Part shown: piece after piece, positions 1 to 9,939 of the stretch
Layout of the letters: every line of letters starts with the position of its first letter
Position numbering within the stretch: position 1 is the stretch's first letter
Assembly: GCA_030583805.1 (NCBI GenBank)
Contig: CP129476.1
Location: 733,640-797,639 of the forward strand
Direction: 5' to 3'
Source of the DNA: Patescibacteria group bacterium
GTDB taxonomy: Bacteria > Patescibacteriota > Patescibacteriia > SG8-24 > DYFX01
Length of the DNA stretch: 64,000 bases
Position numbers and translations under genes: made by a program
The notes under the pieces: generated by a model
Databases searched by the model: none
The model's input: the letters and a program-made list of their open reading frames with translations, nothing else
Told to the model about the DNA's origin: nothing

Positions 1-333
1 CTCGAAGCCGCTTTCGCCAAGCGCGACGCGCAAAAGAAAGAAGCTGACGAAATCCGCGAGGAGTTGTTCGGCTCTGGGTCTCGCGCCTTTCGCGCCACCG
101 AAGACGCCGCGCTCGAACTGATCCGTCTCGTCGGAGCCGGGTTTACCAAACCTGAGCTTGAACGCATCGCGGGTTCTTTGGCGGACACGATCGCGAAGAC
201 GCACGCGAGCGACGAAGGTTTTACCTCGCGAGACGCGACACTCTCCTATCTCAAACGTCGCTACGAGCCCTACTATAAGGAGACGCCGGACGAGCCGGAC
301 GAGGATACGGATCCGACCAAAAACAACGAGTAG
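1..333 (+). CDS. hypothetical protein, 5'-truncated at the window edge
   Basis: Frame 1 is open from nt 1 (LEAAFAKRDAQKKEADEIREELFGSGS...) and runs into the listed ORF ending at 333. No recognisable domain. Confidence 0.35.
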   Translation, partial: LEAAFAKRDAQKKEADEIREELFGSGSRAFRATEDAALELIRLVGAGFTKPELERIAGSLADTIAKTHASDEGFTSRDATLSYLKRRYEPYYKETPDEPDEDTDPTKNNE

Positions 334-398
334 TATGAAATACTGCGGCACGACCGCAGTATTTTTTGTCGTAGCACGTTTGACTTTAAGGCCAAAAA

Positions 399-1040
399 AT
401 GGTATTCTGTACGAAGTATATGAGCATTTGGGACAAGATCGGTTTGGGAAAACAGAAGAACGAATCCCAGAACCCCGCTCCTGCAAAGCAGGATCAAAAG
501 GAGCGTATTCCTGATGCTTTTCGCGTTCTCGTACCGGGCAAAGGCTCTCTCAAATCGGAAACCGCTTCAGAAAAGGAAGGCCGCATCTCCAAGCACGTCG
601 AAAGGTACTTGAAAGACGTCGTGCCTGACGCGAAAGCGGGTCAGGAAAAAATCTCCAACGCGCTCCGCGACTTCTCAACGCCCGCCGCGCAAGAAGACTA
701 CCTGCGCCGCTATACCAACATGGCGATCGTCCCGGGGTATCAGAAACCGTCGTTTCAAGAATGGGTGGCGAATGAGCGGGAAAACTTGATCAAGGGATTA
801 AGCAACGCTGAAGACTACCGCGTCGTGACCCAGCACATGGACGAAGCCTTCCGCGAAGCCGGCAAGAACCCTGAACAGGCCATCGCGCTTCTTGAACAAA
901 AAGCCGCAATCATCAATACTGAGGTTGCCGGACTCGAACGGCAAGGCGGGAGCGCGGACCGCGTCAACCAACTCCGGTTGAAAGCGAAGCGACTCTACGC
1001 CGCAGTCAACAAACTGGACGAACTTATCCAAAATAAATAA
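399..1040 (+). CDS. hypothetical protein (213 aa; the start may be the downstream ATG at 420)
   Basis: Long ORF with protein-like composition, co-oriented with its neighbours. No family recognised. Confidence 0.4.
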   Translation: MVFCTKYMSIWDKIGLGKQKNESQNPAPAKQDQKERIPDAFRVLVPGKGSLKSETASEKEGRISKHVERYLKDVVPDAKAGQEKISNALRDFSTPAAQEDYLRRYTNMAIVPGYQKPSFQEWVANERENLIKGLSNAEDYRVVTQHMDEAFREAGKNPEQAIALLEQKAAIINTEVAGLERQGGSADRVNQLRLKAKRLYAAVNKLDELIQNK

Positions 1041-1068
1041 CAGCGCCTTCCAGAAAGGTGTCCACGCT

Positions 1069-1404
1069 ATGAGCGAAATGTTGTCTCAATCCTCCGACGA
1101 TTTGCAGCGCCACGAAGCTGGTAATCCGCTCGCGCAGGAGCTGGAGACGGCAATCGCGCAGGCGCAGGAACGCCTCATGGACAAGGCCGGCGGTTCGAAG
1201 AAGCACGCGGCGGAAGAGCTCGTGCGCCTCCGCCTTGTCGCGAAAGCGCTCCAAGAATCCGAGAACGACCCGACGGCCGCCTTCGTCTGGCTGAACGAGC
1301 AGGCGAACGGCGACGAACTGGACGACGTCGACGACGGCAAGCGCCCGAATATCGACGCGCACAAGGCCGCTGCCAAGTGGCTCCAAGAACGCCTCGGCAA
1401 CTGA
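1069..1404 (+). CDS. hypothetical acidic protein (111 aa)
   Basis: ORF with protein-like composition directly upstream of trmD. No family recognised. Confidence 0.4.
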   Translation: MSEMLSQSSDDLQRHEAGNPLAQELETAIAQAQERLMDKAGGSKKHAAEELVRLRLVAKALQESENDPTAAFVWLNEQANGDELDDVDDGKRPNIDAHKAAAKWLQERLGN

Positions 1405-1451
1405 CCGGTTCCCCGCGCCGCACTGCGCGGGGTTTTCATTTCGGGCGTGCT

Positions 1452-2162
1452 ATGATAGAACACAGCGTTATGAAATCGCCGCTTCGTTTCGACATCCTGA
1501 CGATCTTCCCCGGCATGCTCTCCTCGTACCTCGACGAAAGCATGATTAAGCGCGCCAAAGCGCAGAAACTCTTGGATATCCGCGTCCACGACCTGCGCGC
1601 CTGGGCGAAGGACAAGCATCGTAAAGTCGACGACCGCCCGTTCGGCGGCGGCGCCGGCATGCTGATGAAAGTCGGCCCGATCTACGCGGCATTGAAGGAA
1701 TTGAAGGCGCTCAAGTCGTCCAAGAAGAACCGCCCTTACGTCATCCTGCTCTCCCCCCGCGGCACTCGTTTCACCCAACGCGTGGCCGAGCGCCTCGTGA
1801 AGCACAAGCAGATTGTCTTCATCTGCGGCCGCTATGAAGGGATCGATCAGCGCGTGACCGACCACCTCGTCGATGAGGAAATGTCCGTCGGCGACTACGT
1901 CCTGACCGGCGGCGAACTTCCGGCCATGACGATCCTCGACGCCGTCGCCCGCCTCGTTCCCGGCGTCGTCGGCAAGGAAGCTTCCATCGTCGAAGAGTCG
2001 CATTCCGCGGACGGCTTCATCGAGCACCCGCACTACACACGCCCCGAAGTTTTCTCCCCCAAGAAAGGCGTGAAGTGGGAGGTCCCCTCCGTACTTCTTT
2101 CCGGAGACCACAAGAAAATCGCCGAGTGGCGGGCCAAGCACGCCAAGCGCGCGAAGAAATGA
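1452..2162 (+). CDS. trmD: tRNA (guanine37-N1)-methyltransferase TrmD
   Basis: Signature segments FDILTIFPGM, RPFGGGAGMLMK and ICGRYEGIDQRV. The start was trimmed to the ATG at 1452 (MIEHSVMKSPLRFD), in frame with the listed ORF. Confidence 0.9.
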   Translation: MIEHSVMKSPLRFDILTIFPGMLSSYLDESMIKRAKAQKLLDIRVHDLRAWAKDKHRKVDDRPFGGGAGMLMKVGPIYAALKELKALKSSKKNRPYVILLSPRGTRFTQRVAERLVKHKQIVFICGRYEGIDQRVTDHLVDEEMSVGDYVLTGGELPAMTILDAVARLVPGVVGKEASIVEESHSADGFIEHPHYTRPEVFSPKKGVKWEVPSVLLSGDHKKIAEWRAKHAKRAKK

Positions 2163-2190
2163 AAAACCCCTAGTTGATCAGGGGTTTTTT
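2163..2190. terminator. bidirectional rho-independent terminator shared by trmD (+) and the convergent minus gene
   Basis: Hairpin aaaccccta-gttgatca-ggggttt flanked by an A-run and a T-run. Confidence 0.7.
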
Positions 2191-2199
2191 CAATCTTCC

Positions 2200-2844
2200 T
2201 TACTTCTTGCAAGCCTTCATTTCGACTTCGTACGCCTTGCGGGCAGCCTTCGTGTCTTCATGATACGCGTTCGAGATCGTCCTCTTTGCTTCCTTAAAGG
2301 TCTGCTGCGCCTTTTTCACGGCTTCCTGATACGTCTTGCGCGCCGCCAGTTTGAGTTCGAGGCTGGTCGATGCGGAACCGGTCGTGCCGGAGCTGGAAGC
2401 GGAGGCGGTCATGCTGACGCGGAACGCGTCGCGCGCCGCTTTGAGCGAAGTGAGGTAGGCCGTTTGCGCCTTCTTGTATTCGGTGTCGCGCTCCATGCGG
2501 GCCGCTTTGAGGTCCGTCTGGTATTCAGCCTGCGCATCCTTCTTGCAGCGCTTGCGGTCGGAAACTTCCGTGGACACCGTCGCGCTCGACGTCGACTTGA
2601 TCTTCGCCGATTGCTTGAGCTCCTTCCTTACTTCCTTCAATTCGTTCCGAATCTCCTTCTCGAGCTCGCGCGTTTCCTCGGAGAGTCCGATCTTGGCGCC
2701 GAGGCCGAGGCTGAGACCGAGGCGCTTGCCGCGCGATTCGAGCTCGTCGGAAGCCAGGGCCGGAAGAGAGGACACGAGCATGACAGCCGTCATGGCACCG
2801 ACCGCCAGCTGCTTCTTGATCGCAAACCGTTTCTTGAGTTGCAT
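2200..2844 (-). CDS. secreted hypothetical protein (signal peptide; charged Lys/Glu-rich repeats)
   Basis: N-terminal signal peptide MQLKKRFAIKKQLAVGAMTAVMLVSSLPALASD. Low-complexity K/E/A-rich body. Its own terminator lies downstream. Confidence 0.55.
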   Translation of the reverse strand: MQLKKRFAIKKQLAVGAMTAVMLVSSLPALASDELESRGKRLGLSLGLGAKIGLSEETRELEKEIRNELKEVRKELKQSAKIKSTSSATVSTEVSDRKRCKKDAQAEYQTDLKAARMERDTEYKKAQTAYLTSLKAARDAFRVSMTASASSSGTTGSASTSLELKLAARKTYQEAVKKAQQTFKEAKRTISNAYHEDTKAARKAYEVEMKACKK

Positions 2845-2933
2845 AGCCAGTTTATGGGGTTATGCCATCTTAGACGCCGAAAAAGGCCTTTTCTTACAGG
2901 CTGCCCTATGGTACGACATGCCCAGGAGGCCCC

Positions 2934-3284
2934 ATGCCGAAAATCAGGTCTGATAAGCTCCAGGTCCGCGACGTCATCAAGTGCGCCTACTTCCAGAACG
3001 CCTACTGGCCCTCGAAGAGCAGCAACGTCGCCATGGTCGGCGACCCGAGCAAGGGTATCGCCGCGGGCAACCCCGAGCGCGCCAAGCAGTGGTTCATCGT
3101 CGACAACATCGAGCAGAATGGCGATGGCTTCGACATCATGGTGCAAGCCCTGGCGCCAAGCGGCGCCCGCGACCCGAAGGGCGAGCGACTGCTGCTGCAT
3201 GTCCTCGGCGGCACCGTCTGGACCTTCAAGTACTGGGGCCGGATGTCGAACGACGGACGGACGATCACCTACGAGATCCGCTAG
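2934..3284 (+). CDS. hypothetical protein (116 aa)
   Basis: SD ccaggagg sits 5 nt before the ATG, and a terminator hairpin follows at 3302-3330. Confidence 0.55.
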   Translation: MPKIRSDKLQVRDVIKCAYFQNAYWPSKSSNVAMVGDPSKGIAAGNPERAKQWFIVDNIEQNGDGFDIMVQALAPSGARDPKGERLLLHVLGGTVWTFKYWGRMSNDGRTITYEIR

Positions 3285-3301
3285 CTCTCCGCGACCGATC
3301 C

Positions 3302-3330
3302 GCCGAAAACCTCGTGTTTTCGGCCTTTTT
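3302..3330 (+). terminator. rho-independent terminator
   Basis: Hairpin ccgaaaac-ctcgt-gttttcgg followed by a T-run. Confidence 0.6.
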
Positions 3331-3370
3331 ATTTATTTTCACCATCTAGGCGTGCGCCCTTGACAAGCTC

Positions 3371-3399
3371 TTGACACCCTTTTTTTCCTCCTGTATAGT
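3371..3399 (+). promoter_or_regulatory. rRNA promoter P1 (sigma-70 consensus)
   Basis: TTGACA (3371-3376), a 17-nt spacer, then TATAGT (3394-3399). A second TTGACA sits 10 nt upstream. Confidence 0.6.
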
Positions 3400-3450
3400 A
3401 CGCCCATCGTCACAAGGAATCGGGCCTGCAAATCCCCGCAAAACGGGGAT

Positions 3451-3479
3451 TTGACAACAAAAAAGTCCTTCCCTATGAT
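3451..3479 (+). promoter_or_regulatory. rRNA promoter P2 (sigma-70 consensus)
   Basis: TTGACA (3451-3456), a 17-nt spacer, then TATGAT (3474-3479). This forms a tandem arrangement upstream of the 16S gene. Confidence 0.6.
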
Positions 3480-3602
3480 GTGCCCGTCTTTGACAATCTG
3501 ATCGTGAGAATGATCCACATCTGCCGGAGCCCTTCCCTGGGTTGCCGGCAGGTAGAGCTACGTCAATTCCAATGACAGAGGCCTAGGCTACGGTCTAGGT
3601 AC

Positions 3603-5115
<1,513 letters not shown>

Positions 5116-5280
5116 CTAGGGAGTATTGCCATGATGAAATATTCTGGCCAATCCCAAGTCGGCCCGATCGTAAAGATCGGGTGGTCCGCACCGCAAGGTC
5201 GGACAAACTTCCAGCGAATGTTGGAAGCAAAGCACTCCGGGGTTGACGTAGGTCAGGGTCACTTCTCACGATCAGATTGC

Positions 5281-5315
5281 AAAAGACGCCAAGAAGCGCC
5301 GAAAGGCGCTTCTTG
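5281..5315 (-). terminator. terminator-like hairpin for the minus-strand membrane-protein gene
   Basis: Hairpin caagaagcgcc-gaaa-ggcgcttcttg. On the minus strand it is followed by a short T-run. It also lies in the 16S trailer. Confidence 0.4.
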
Positions 5316-5336
5316 CGTTGCAAAAAAACCATGGCT

Positions 5337-5825
5337 TTAGGCCATGGCTGCGGCGTGATCGGGTCCGAGGCGAGTCCCTCGAATTTCGAAACGTGTATCG
5401 AGATGCACCTTCCTCCACGCGGGATAGAGCAGGAAGAGGACGTTGCCGACGAGCGCCGGGTACATGCCGGTCACGACGAAGGTCGTGAACCAGGCAATCT
5501 CTTTCAGCACCCAGTAGTGGTCGGACATGCGGTAGCACGGTACCGTCACGCGCTCCGTTACGGCCTGCGCCTCCATCATCCGCGAGGCGACCTTGGCATG
5601 GCCGAACGAGAAGAAGACACCAAAGGCGGCGGCCCAGGCTCCCACGATCCCCCGCCAGGCCGACCAGTCGGTCGTGAACAGGGCGACCGGAAGAAGCAGG
5701 GCGGCCACGAAAAGAAACTCGTATTTCCAGGTGTGCCACTTCCGCCGATCGGACAGAAGCCAGCGCGAGACGGGCCGCATGAACGGCCGGAGCAGCCTTG
5801 AAAGGGCATCGGTCAGACGGTCCAT
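5337..5825 (-). CDS. hypothetical integral membrane protein (about 3 TM segments), encoded antisense between the 16S gene and tRNA-Ile
   Basis: The ORF was trimmed to the ATG at 5825 (MDRLTDALSR...), with an SD ggaggtga 8 nt upstream. Hydrophobic segments FLFVAALLLPVALF, IVGAWAAAFGVFF and FTTFVVTGMYPALVGNVLFLL. Confidence 0.5.
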   Translation of the reverse strand: MDRLTDALSRLLRPFMRPVSRWLLSDRRKWHTWKYEFLFVAALLLPVALFTTDWSAWRGIVGAWAAAFGVFFSFGHAKVASRMMEAQAVTERVTVPCYRMSDHYWVLKEIAWFTTFVVTGMYPALVGNVLFLLYPAWRKVHLDTRFEIRGTRLGPDHAAAMA

Positions 5826-5896
5826 GCGCGTCACCTCCGGCCGGAGTACACCATAAAAAGACCGAAAGAGCAATGGTTTGGGAGGCTCCGAGCCTC

Positions 5897-5925
5897 TTGT
5901 CAAAGATGAGGCTATTTGCTACATT
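5897..5925 (+). promoter_or_regulatory. candidate promoter for tRNA-Ile
   Basis: TTGTCA, a 17-nt spacer, then TACATT, ending about 20 nt upstream of the tRNA. Confidence 0.35.
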
Positions 5926-5944
5926 TTCCCTGTTCCCTCAACGG

Positions 5945-6021
5945 GGACGCGTAGCTCAGTTGGTTAGAGCGTCACACTGATAATGTGAAGGTCGATGGTT
6001 CGACTCCATCCGCGTCCACCA
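5945..6021 (+). tRNA. tRNA-Ile (anticodon GAT)
   Basis: Cloverleaf ggacgcg/tagctcagttggttagagc/tcaca-ctGATaa-tgtga/T-arm ggttcgactcc/cgcgtcc-a-CCA. Confidence 0.9.
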
Positions 6022-6040
6022 CAGCGATAACGATCATCCC

Positions 6041-6556
6041 ATGCTTTTGACAGGGGCTATCACGCAGATCACCGAGAATGACGTCATCGTCCGTCTCGTT
6101 TTGGCAACGGTCCTTTCCGCGCTGGTCGGCGTTGAACGCGAGTTCCACCACAAGCCCGCGGGACTCCGCACCAACGTGATGGTCGGCATGGGTTCCTGTT
6201 TGTTCACTCTTGTCTCGATCCGCGTGCTCGACCTGTTCCCCAATACCGTCGTCGATCCGACGCGTATCGCCGCGCAAATCGTGACAGGTATCGGTTTCTT
6301 GGGCGCAGGCACGATCCTGTTCGAAAAAGACCGCTCGTCCGTCATCGGCCTCACGACCGCCGCGACCCTCTGGGTCGTCGCCGCCGTCGGTACGGCTGTC
6401 GGCATGGGCTTGTACGTCGAAGCGATCGCCGGCACACTACTCGTCTTCTTCACCTTCATGGTGTTGAGCAAAGTCGTGAACGAAGTCCGCAAGCGTTCCT
6501 CGGGACACGAGCCGCACGTGGACACCGCCCGCGAAGAAGGCCGAAAGCTCCTGTAA
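6041..6556 (+). CDS. mgtC: MgtC/SapB family membrane protein
   Basis: Conserved segments VGVEREFHHKPAGLRT and LTTAATLWVVAAVGTAVGMG. Confidence 0.8.
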   Translation: MLLTGAITQITENDVIVRLVLATVLSALVGVEREFHHKPAGLRTNVMVGMGSCLFTLVSIRVLDLFPNTVVDPTRIAAQIVTGIGFLGAGTILFEKDRSSVIGLTTAATLWVVAAVGTAVGMGLYVEAIAGTLLVFFTFMVLSKVVNEVRKRSSGHEPHVDTAREEGRKLL

Positions 6557-6584
6557 TCCGCAAAAGTAATCAGCAAGGCAACGA

Positions 6585-6659
6585 GCCGGGGTAGCTCATC
6601 GGTAGAGCGAAGGCCTGAAGAGCCTTGCGTGGTGAGTTCGACTCTCACTCCCGGCACCA
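6585..6659 (+). tRNA. tRNA-Phe (anticodon GAA)
   Basis: Acceptor gccgggg/tcccggc-a-CCA, anticodon stem aaggc/gcctt with loop ctGAAga, T-arm gtgag-ttcgact-ctcac. Confidence 0.8.
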
Positions 6660-6660
6660 G

Positions 6661-6690
6661 AAAAATCCCATCGCACGATGGGATTTTTCT
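6661..6690. terminator. bidirectional rho-independent terminator
   Basis: aaaatcccatcg-cac-gatgggatttt with flanking A/T runs. It sits between tRNA-Phe and the convergent minus gene. Confidence 0.7.
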
Positions 6691-6723
6691 TATGAAAGAA
6701 AAGCCGACCCGGTTATGGGTCGG

Positions 6724-6963
6724 TCAACGATTGAGGCTGAAGGACTTGCAGCCGCGCTGAGCCGCATCGCGTCCACGGTAGAAATCCTCGATGGTGCAAG
6801 CGTCCGGCCACTCGGCCTCGACGCGATCCAGATCCATGATCTCGCCTCGGGCAGGGTCACCCCCGAAGAGCTCGCCGTCCTTGCGCATCGCATCGGCATC
6901 AGTGCCGATCCAGTACGTGTACGTGCCGTCGGGCCTCGGAAACCGAATGCAGATGATCCGCAT
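6724..6963 (-). CDS. small hypothetical protein (79 aa)
   Basis: The ORF was trimmed to the ATG at 6963, with an SD ggagg 7 nt upstream. No family recognised. Confidence 0.4.
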   Translation of the reverse strand: MRIICIRFPRPDGTYTYWIGTDADAMRKDGELFGGDPARGEIMDLDRVEAEWPDACTIEDFYRGRDAAQRGCKSFSLNR

Positions 6964-7077
6964 GACGAACCTCCAGGTATGCGGTTGGAACTGGAAAAAC
7001 CTTACCGAAGGCTTTCGAAACATGCAACCCTTGATTTTTCCGTGATTTTCGGCTAAGATGTCCGGGAAGTCATTCTT

Positions 7078-7545
7078 ATGAAACCATTGGAACAGATCCA
7101 ACCGGACGGCGAGGAGCAGCACTGGGAGGCCGGAGAGCAGGCGAAGGGCAACCGCCTTGAAGACCGCTCAGGCGTGATCGAAGATCCGTCGGCAAAGGCC
7201 GAGGCCGCGAAGGAAGCGTCCGAGTTGCGCGCGCAGTTGGAGGAGATCAATCCGAAGATTGAACAGCTGAATCGCAAGATGGACGCTGTCATGAAATCGC
7301 CGCTCACGGACGCCGAGAGCGCTGAACGCGACGCGTACGTCCAAAAGATGAAGGCGGATGCCGAGCGCGATGGATCGCATCCGGAAATCACGCAACGCAT
7401 CGGCGAAGTCGCGCGCGAGCAATTCGAGAAAAACGTCCGAGCGCGCCATATCACGGAGTCGCCGCAGGGCCAGGAACTTGAGCGCCTCAAGAACCGAAAA
7501 TTCGACATGGAAGAGCGCTTGCGACAGATCGAGTCTGGAGAATAA
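7078..7545 (+). CDS. hypothetical acidic coiled-coil protein (155 aa)
   Basis: ORF with coherent E/K/R-rich composition. No family recognised. Confidence 0.45.
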   Translation: MKPLEQIQPDGEEQHWEAGEQAKGNRLEDRSGVIEDPSAKAEAAKEASELRAQLEEINPKIEQLNRKMDAVMKSPLTDAESAERDAYVQKMKADAERDGSHPEITQRIGEVAREQFEKNVRARHITESPQGQELERLKNRKFDMEERLRQIESGE

Positions 7546-7564
7546 CCATTTGCCGGCCGCTGAG

Positions 7565-7640
7565 CGGGGTGTGGCCTAGTGGCTAAGGCGTCTGCTTTGG
7601 GAGCAGAAGACCGTGAGTTCAAATCTCACCACCCCGACCA
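7565..7640 (+). tRNA. tRNA-Pro (anticodon TGG)
   Basis: Acceptor cggggtg/caccccg-a-CCA, anticodon stem tctgc/gcaga with loop ttTGGga, T-arm gtgag-ttcaaat-ctcac. It is flanked by an 11-nt inverted repeat (7548-7558 and 7643-7653). Confidence 0.9.
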
Positions 7641-7704
7641 CAGGCCGGCAAATGAAAACGATCTTCCTTGGCGGGAAGGTCGTTTTTATATTCCTAGAGT
7701 GAGC

Positions 7705-7816
7705 GGCACCCGCGCCGCTTGCGCAGCGAGGACTGTCTGAGGCAGGGCGAGCCGCGATTGGCGAGCCCGGTGCCGCAGGCAGCCGAGTTCCGCAGCAAGC
7801 AAGCGGCGCGGGTGCC
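7705..7816. repeat. 18-bp perfect inverted repeat forming a ~112-nt hairpin element (candidate MITE, attenuator or sRNA)
   Basis: ggcacccgcgccgcttgc (7705-7722) is exactly complementary to gcaagcggcgcgggtgcc (7799-7816), enclosing a 76-nt loop. Confidence 0.6.
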
Positions 7817-7893
7817 AGCGAACGGCGCACCTTGACGGGCGGGCCGTTTTTCCATAAGGTCGGGGCGTCCGTATCACACGGAAGGAGTCCGTC

Positions 7894-9486
7894 ATGGGAG
7901 CCCTCGCACGCAAGAAGTACGACGCTATCGTCATCGGTGGCGGCCACAACGGCCTGGTGTTCGCGACGTATCTCGGCCAGGCCGGGAAGAAGGTCTTGCT
8001 CCTCGAGCAGCGGCACATTCTCGGCGGGGCCTGCGTCTCCGAGCCGTTCTCGGGATTTCCCGAAGCGCTCCAGACGACGGCGTCCTACGTGCTCAGCATC
8101 TTCCCCCGGAAGATCATGTACGATCTTGGACTGGAGGAGCGCGGCCTCACGCTTCTCGATCGCGATCCCAACGCGTTCACTCCGCTTCGCGATGGTCGCT
8201 ACCTCATGCGGTACGACGATCCAGCGAGAACGACCGCGCAGATCGCGAAGTTCTCGGAGCGCGACGCGCTGAACTATGCGGCCTTCGAGAGATCGATCGC
8301 GCGGGTCGCCCGCTTCGCGGCCGAGATGATGTTCATGACGCCGCCGGATCCGTTCCGGAAGCGCGACTGGTTCAAGCTTCTCAGTCTCGGACGCAAGGTG
8401 CTTGGCCTCGGACAGGAAGACTTCAGCACGCTGGTCGAGCTCTTCAGCGTCAGCGCCTACGACTACGTCCGGCGCTACGTACGAAGCGAGCCGCTCGTCG
8501 GCACGATCTGCTCGGACGGCATCATCGGCACCTGCGGCGGCCCGCGCGCGCCCGGCACGGCCTACGTCCTCTTGCACCACGACATCGGCGACCTCGCCGA
8601 CGAACCGGGCAAGTGGTTCTACGTGCAGGGCGGCATGGGCGGCGTGGCCGACAGTCTCGCCAATGCCGCGCGCGCGGCCGGCGTCGAGATCGTCGTAAAC
8701 GCCGACGTGCAGCAGATCCTCGTCAACAAGAACGGCGTCGAAGGCGTCGCGGCGACGATCGAGGGAACCCCCGTCAACATCGCCTCCAAGGCCGTGGTTT
8801 CCTCGGCCGACGCCTATCAGACGTTCGTGCGCATGCTGCCGCCCGGGTACTTGCCGATCGGCTTCCTGGGCGACGTGAAGCGCATCGACTACTCCTCGCC
8901 GACCTGGAAGGTCAACATGGTCGTCGAAGACAACGCCGACCGGCATCTCAAGTGGTTCTGCAATTACAAGGGCCCGACGCCGCCCGGCACGATCCACCTG
9001 ATCGGCGAGGGGGCAGACGACATCGAGCGTGCCTACGACGACATGAAGTACGGCAAGCTCTCGAAGCATCCCGTGCTCGAGATCTGCGTACCGACGACCA
9101 GGGACATGACGCTCGCGCCCCGCGGCTACCACGTCCTTTCGATCCTCGGCCAGTACGCGCCCTTCGACACGCCGCGCGAGCTGTTGCTCGAACGGACGCT
9201 CGCCACGATGGAGCAGTACTGCAACATCCGCGACGTGCTCGTCACGGCCGACGTGCTCTCGCCGAAGGACATGGAGGAGCGTTTCCGTCTCACGGGCGGC
9301 AACATCTTCCAGGGCGCCATGCCGCTCAAGCAACTCTTCAGCATGCGGCCGCTCCCCGGCTGGGCGCGCTACCGCAGCCCGGTCAAGAACCTCTGGATGT
9401 GCGGTTCCGCCTGCCACCCCGGCGGCGGCGTGACCGGCATCCCGGGCCACAACGCGGCCCGCGAGTTCCTCAAGAAGGGTTGGTAA
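7894..9486 (+). CDS. FAD/NAD(P)-dependent oxidoreductase of the phytoene desaturase (CrtI-like) family
   Basis: N-terminal Rossmann dinucleotide motif YDAIVIGGGHNGLVFATYL...LLLEQRHILGGA. The 530-aa length and C-terminal GSACHPGGGVTGIPG fit CrtI-like amine-oxidase-fold enzymes. The SD is ggaaggag. Confidence 0.75.
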   Translation: MGALARKKYDAIVIGGGHNGLVFATYLGQAGKKVLLLEQRHILGGACVSEPFSGFPEALQTTASYVLSIFPRKIMYDLGLEERGLTLLDRDPNAFTPLRDGRYLMRYDDPARTTAQIAKFSERDALNYAAFERSIARVARFAAEMMFMTPPDPFRKRDWFKLLSLGRKVLGLGQEDFSTLVELFSVSAYDYVRRYVRSEPLVGTICSDGIIGTCGGPRAPGTAYVLLHHDIGDLADEPGKWFYVQGGMGGVADSLANAARAAGVEIVVNADVQQILVNKNGVEGVAATIEGTPVNIASKAVVSSADAYQTFVRMLPPGYLPIGFLGDVKRIDYSSPTWKVNMVVEDNADRHLKWFCNYKGPTPPGTIHLIGEGADDIERAYDDMKYGKLSKHPVLEICVPTTRDMTLAPRGYHVLSILGQYAPFDTPRELLLERTLATMEQYCNIRDVLVTADVLSPKDMEERFRLTGGNIFQGAMPLKQLFSMRPLPGWARYRSPVKNLWMCGSACHPGGGVTGIPGHNAAREFLKKGW

Positions 9487-9552
9487 CCGTCCGCTTCGGA
9501 CGGTTTTTTCTTTGTTGCAAAAAGGCCGGTCCCCTGCCACAATGTGCGCACT

Positions 9553-9816
9553 ATGGAACTCCACAACTCCGAGATCGCGCCGGCGATGCGCGCCTCTCGC
9601 CCCGAAAAAAATCATGATTTTCTCGCCCAAGCCATGCTGATGGGGCGCGACCCCGCCGGCGAAATGGATTGGGTCGAACGATACGCCGGAAGGTTTAGGG
9701 AACTGTACAAAACGGAGGACGACTTCCGCGACCTGGTTAATTCAGAACTGACGGAAGAAACATTGACCCGCATCCAGCAATACTTGGATCGTCATTCCCA
9801 AGACAAAGCGGCATAA
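9553..9816 (+). CDS. small hypothetical acidic protein (about 87 aa)
   Basis: ORF followed directly by a strong bidirectional terminator. The start is uncertain (GTG at 9544 or ATG at 9553). Confidence 0.35.
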   Translation: MELHNSEIAPAMRASRPEKNHDFLAQAMLMGRDPAGEMDWVERYAGRFRELYKTEDDFRDLVNSELTEETLTRIQQYLDRHSQDKAA

Positions 9817-9820
9817 GAAA

Positions 9821-9848
9821 AAACCCGGCTCGTGGCCGGGTTTTTTCA
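9821..9848. terminator. bidirectional rho-independent terminator
   Basis: aaaaaacccggc-tcgt-ggccgggttttttc. It serves the + ORF and the 3' end of the minus-strand tRNA-Gly. Confidence 0.75.
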
Positions 9849-9922
9849 TGGAGCGGGCGAACGGAATCGAACCGTCGTGGCCAGTTTGGAAAACTGGAGC
9901 TCTACCATTGAGCTACGCCCGC
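9849..9922 (-). tRNA. tRNA-Gly (anticodon TCC)
   Basis: The reverse complement gives gcgggcg-tagctcaatggtagagc-tccag-ttTCCaa-actgg-...ggttcgattcc...cgcccgc-t-CCA. The discriminator U73 is typical of Gly. Confidence 0.9.
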
Positions 9923-9939
9923 AAACCGACATCTTTGTA

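Noticed and set aside
5972-6657. ORFs overlapping tRNA-Ile/mgtC (101 aa and 207 aa on the minus strand) and ORFs spanning tRNA-Ala/tRNA-Arg (62788..62982, 62992..63630)
   Set aside because: They read through tRNA genes or run antisense to MgtC. They served only as coordinate anchors, not as genes.
7576-9630. 684-aa minus-strand ORF antisense to the crtI-like oxidoreductase, with similar antisense ORFs over ftsK, recA, Wzy-TPR, the giant gene and trmD
   Set aside because: The sense strands carry recognisable conserved domains such as Rossmann, Walker and RecA L2 motifs. The antisense products are Arg/Ala-rich with no motifs. They are GC-content artefacts.
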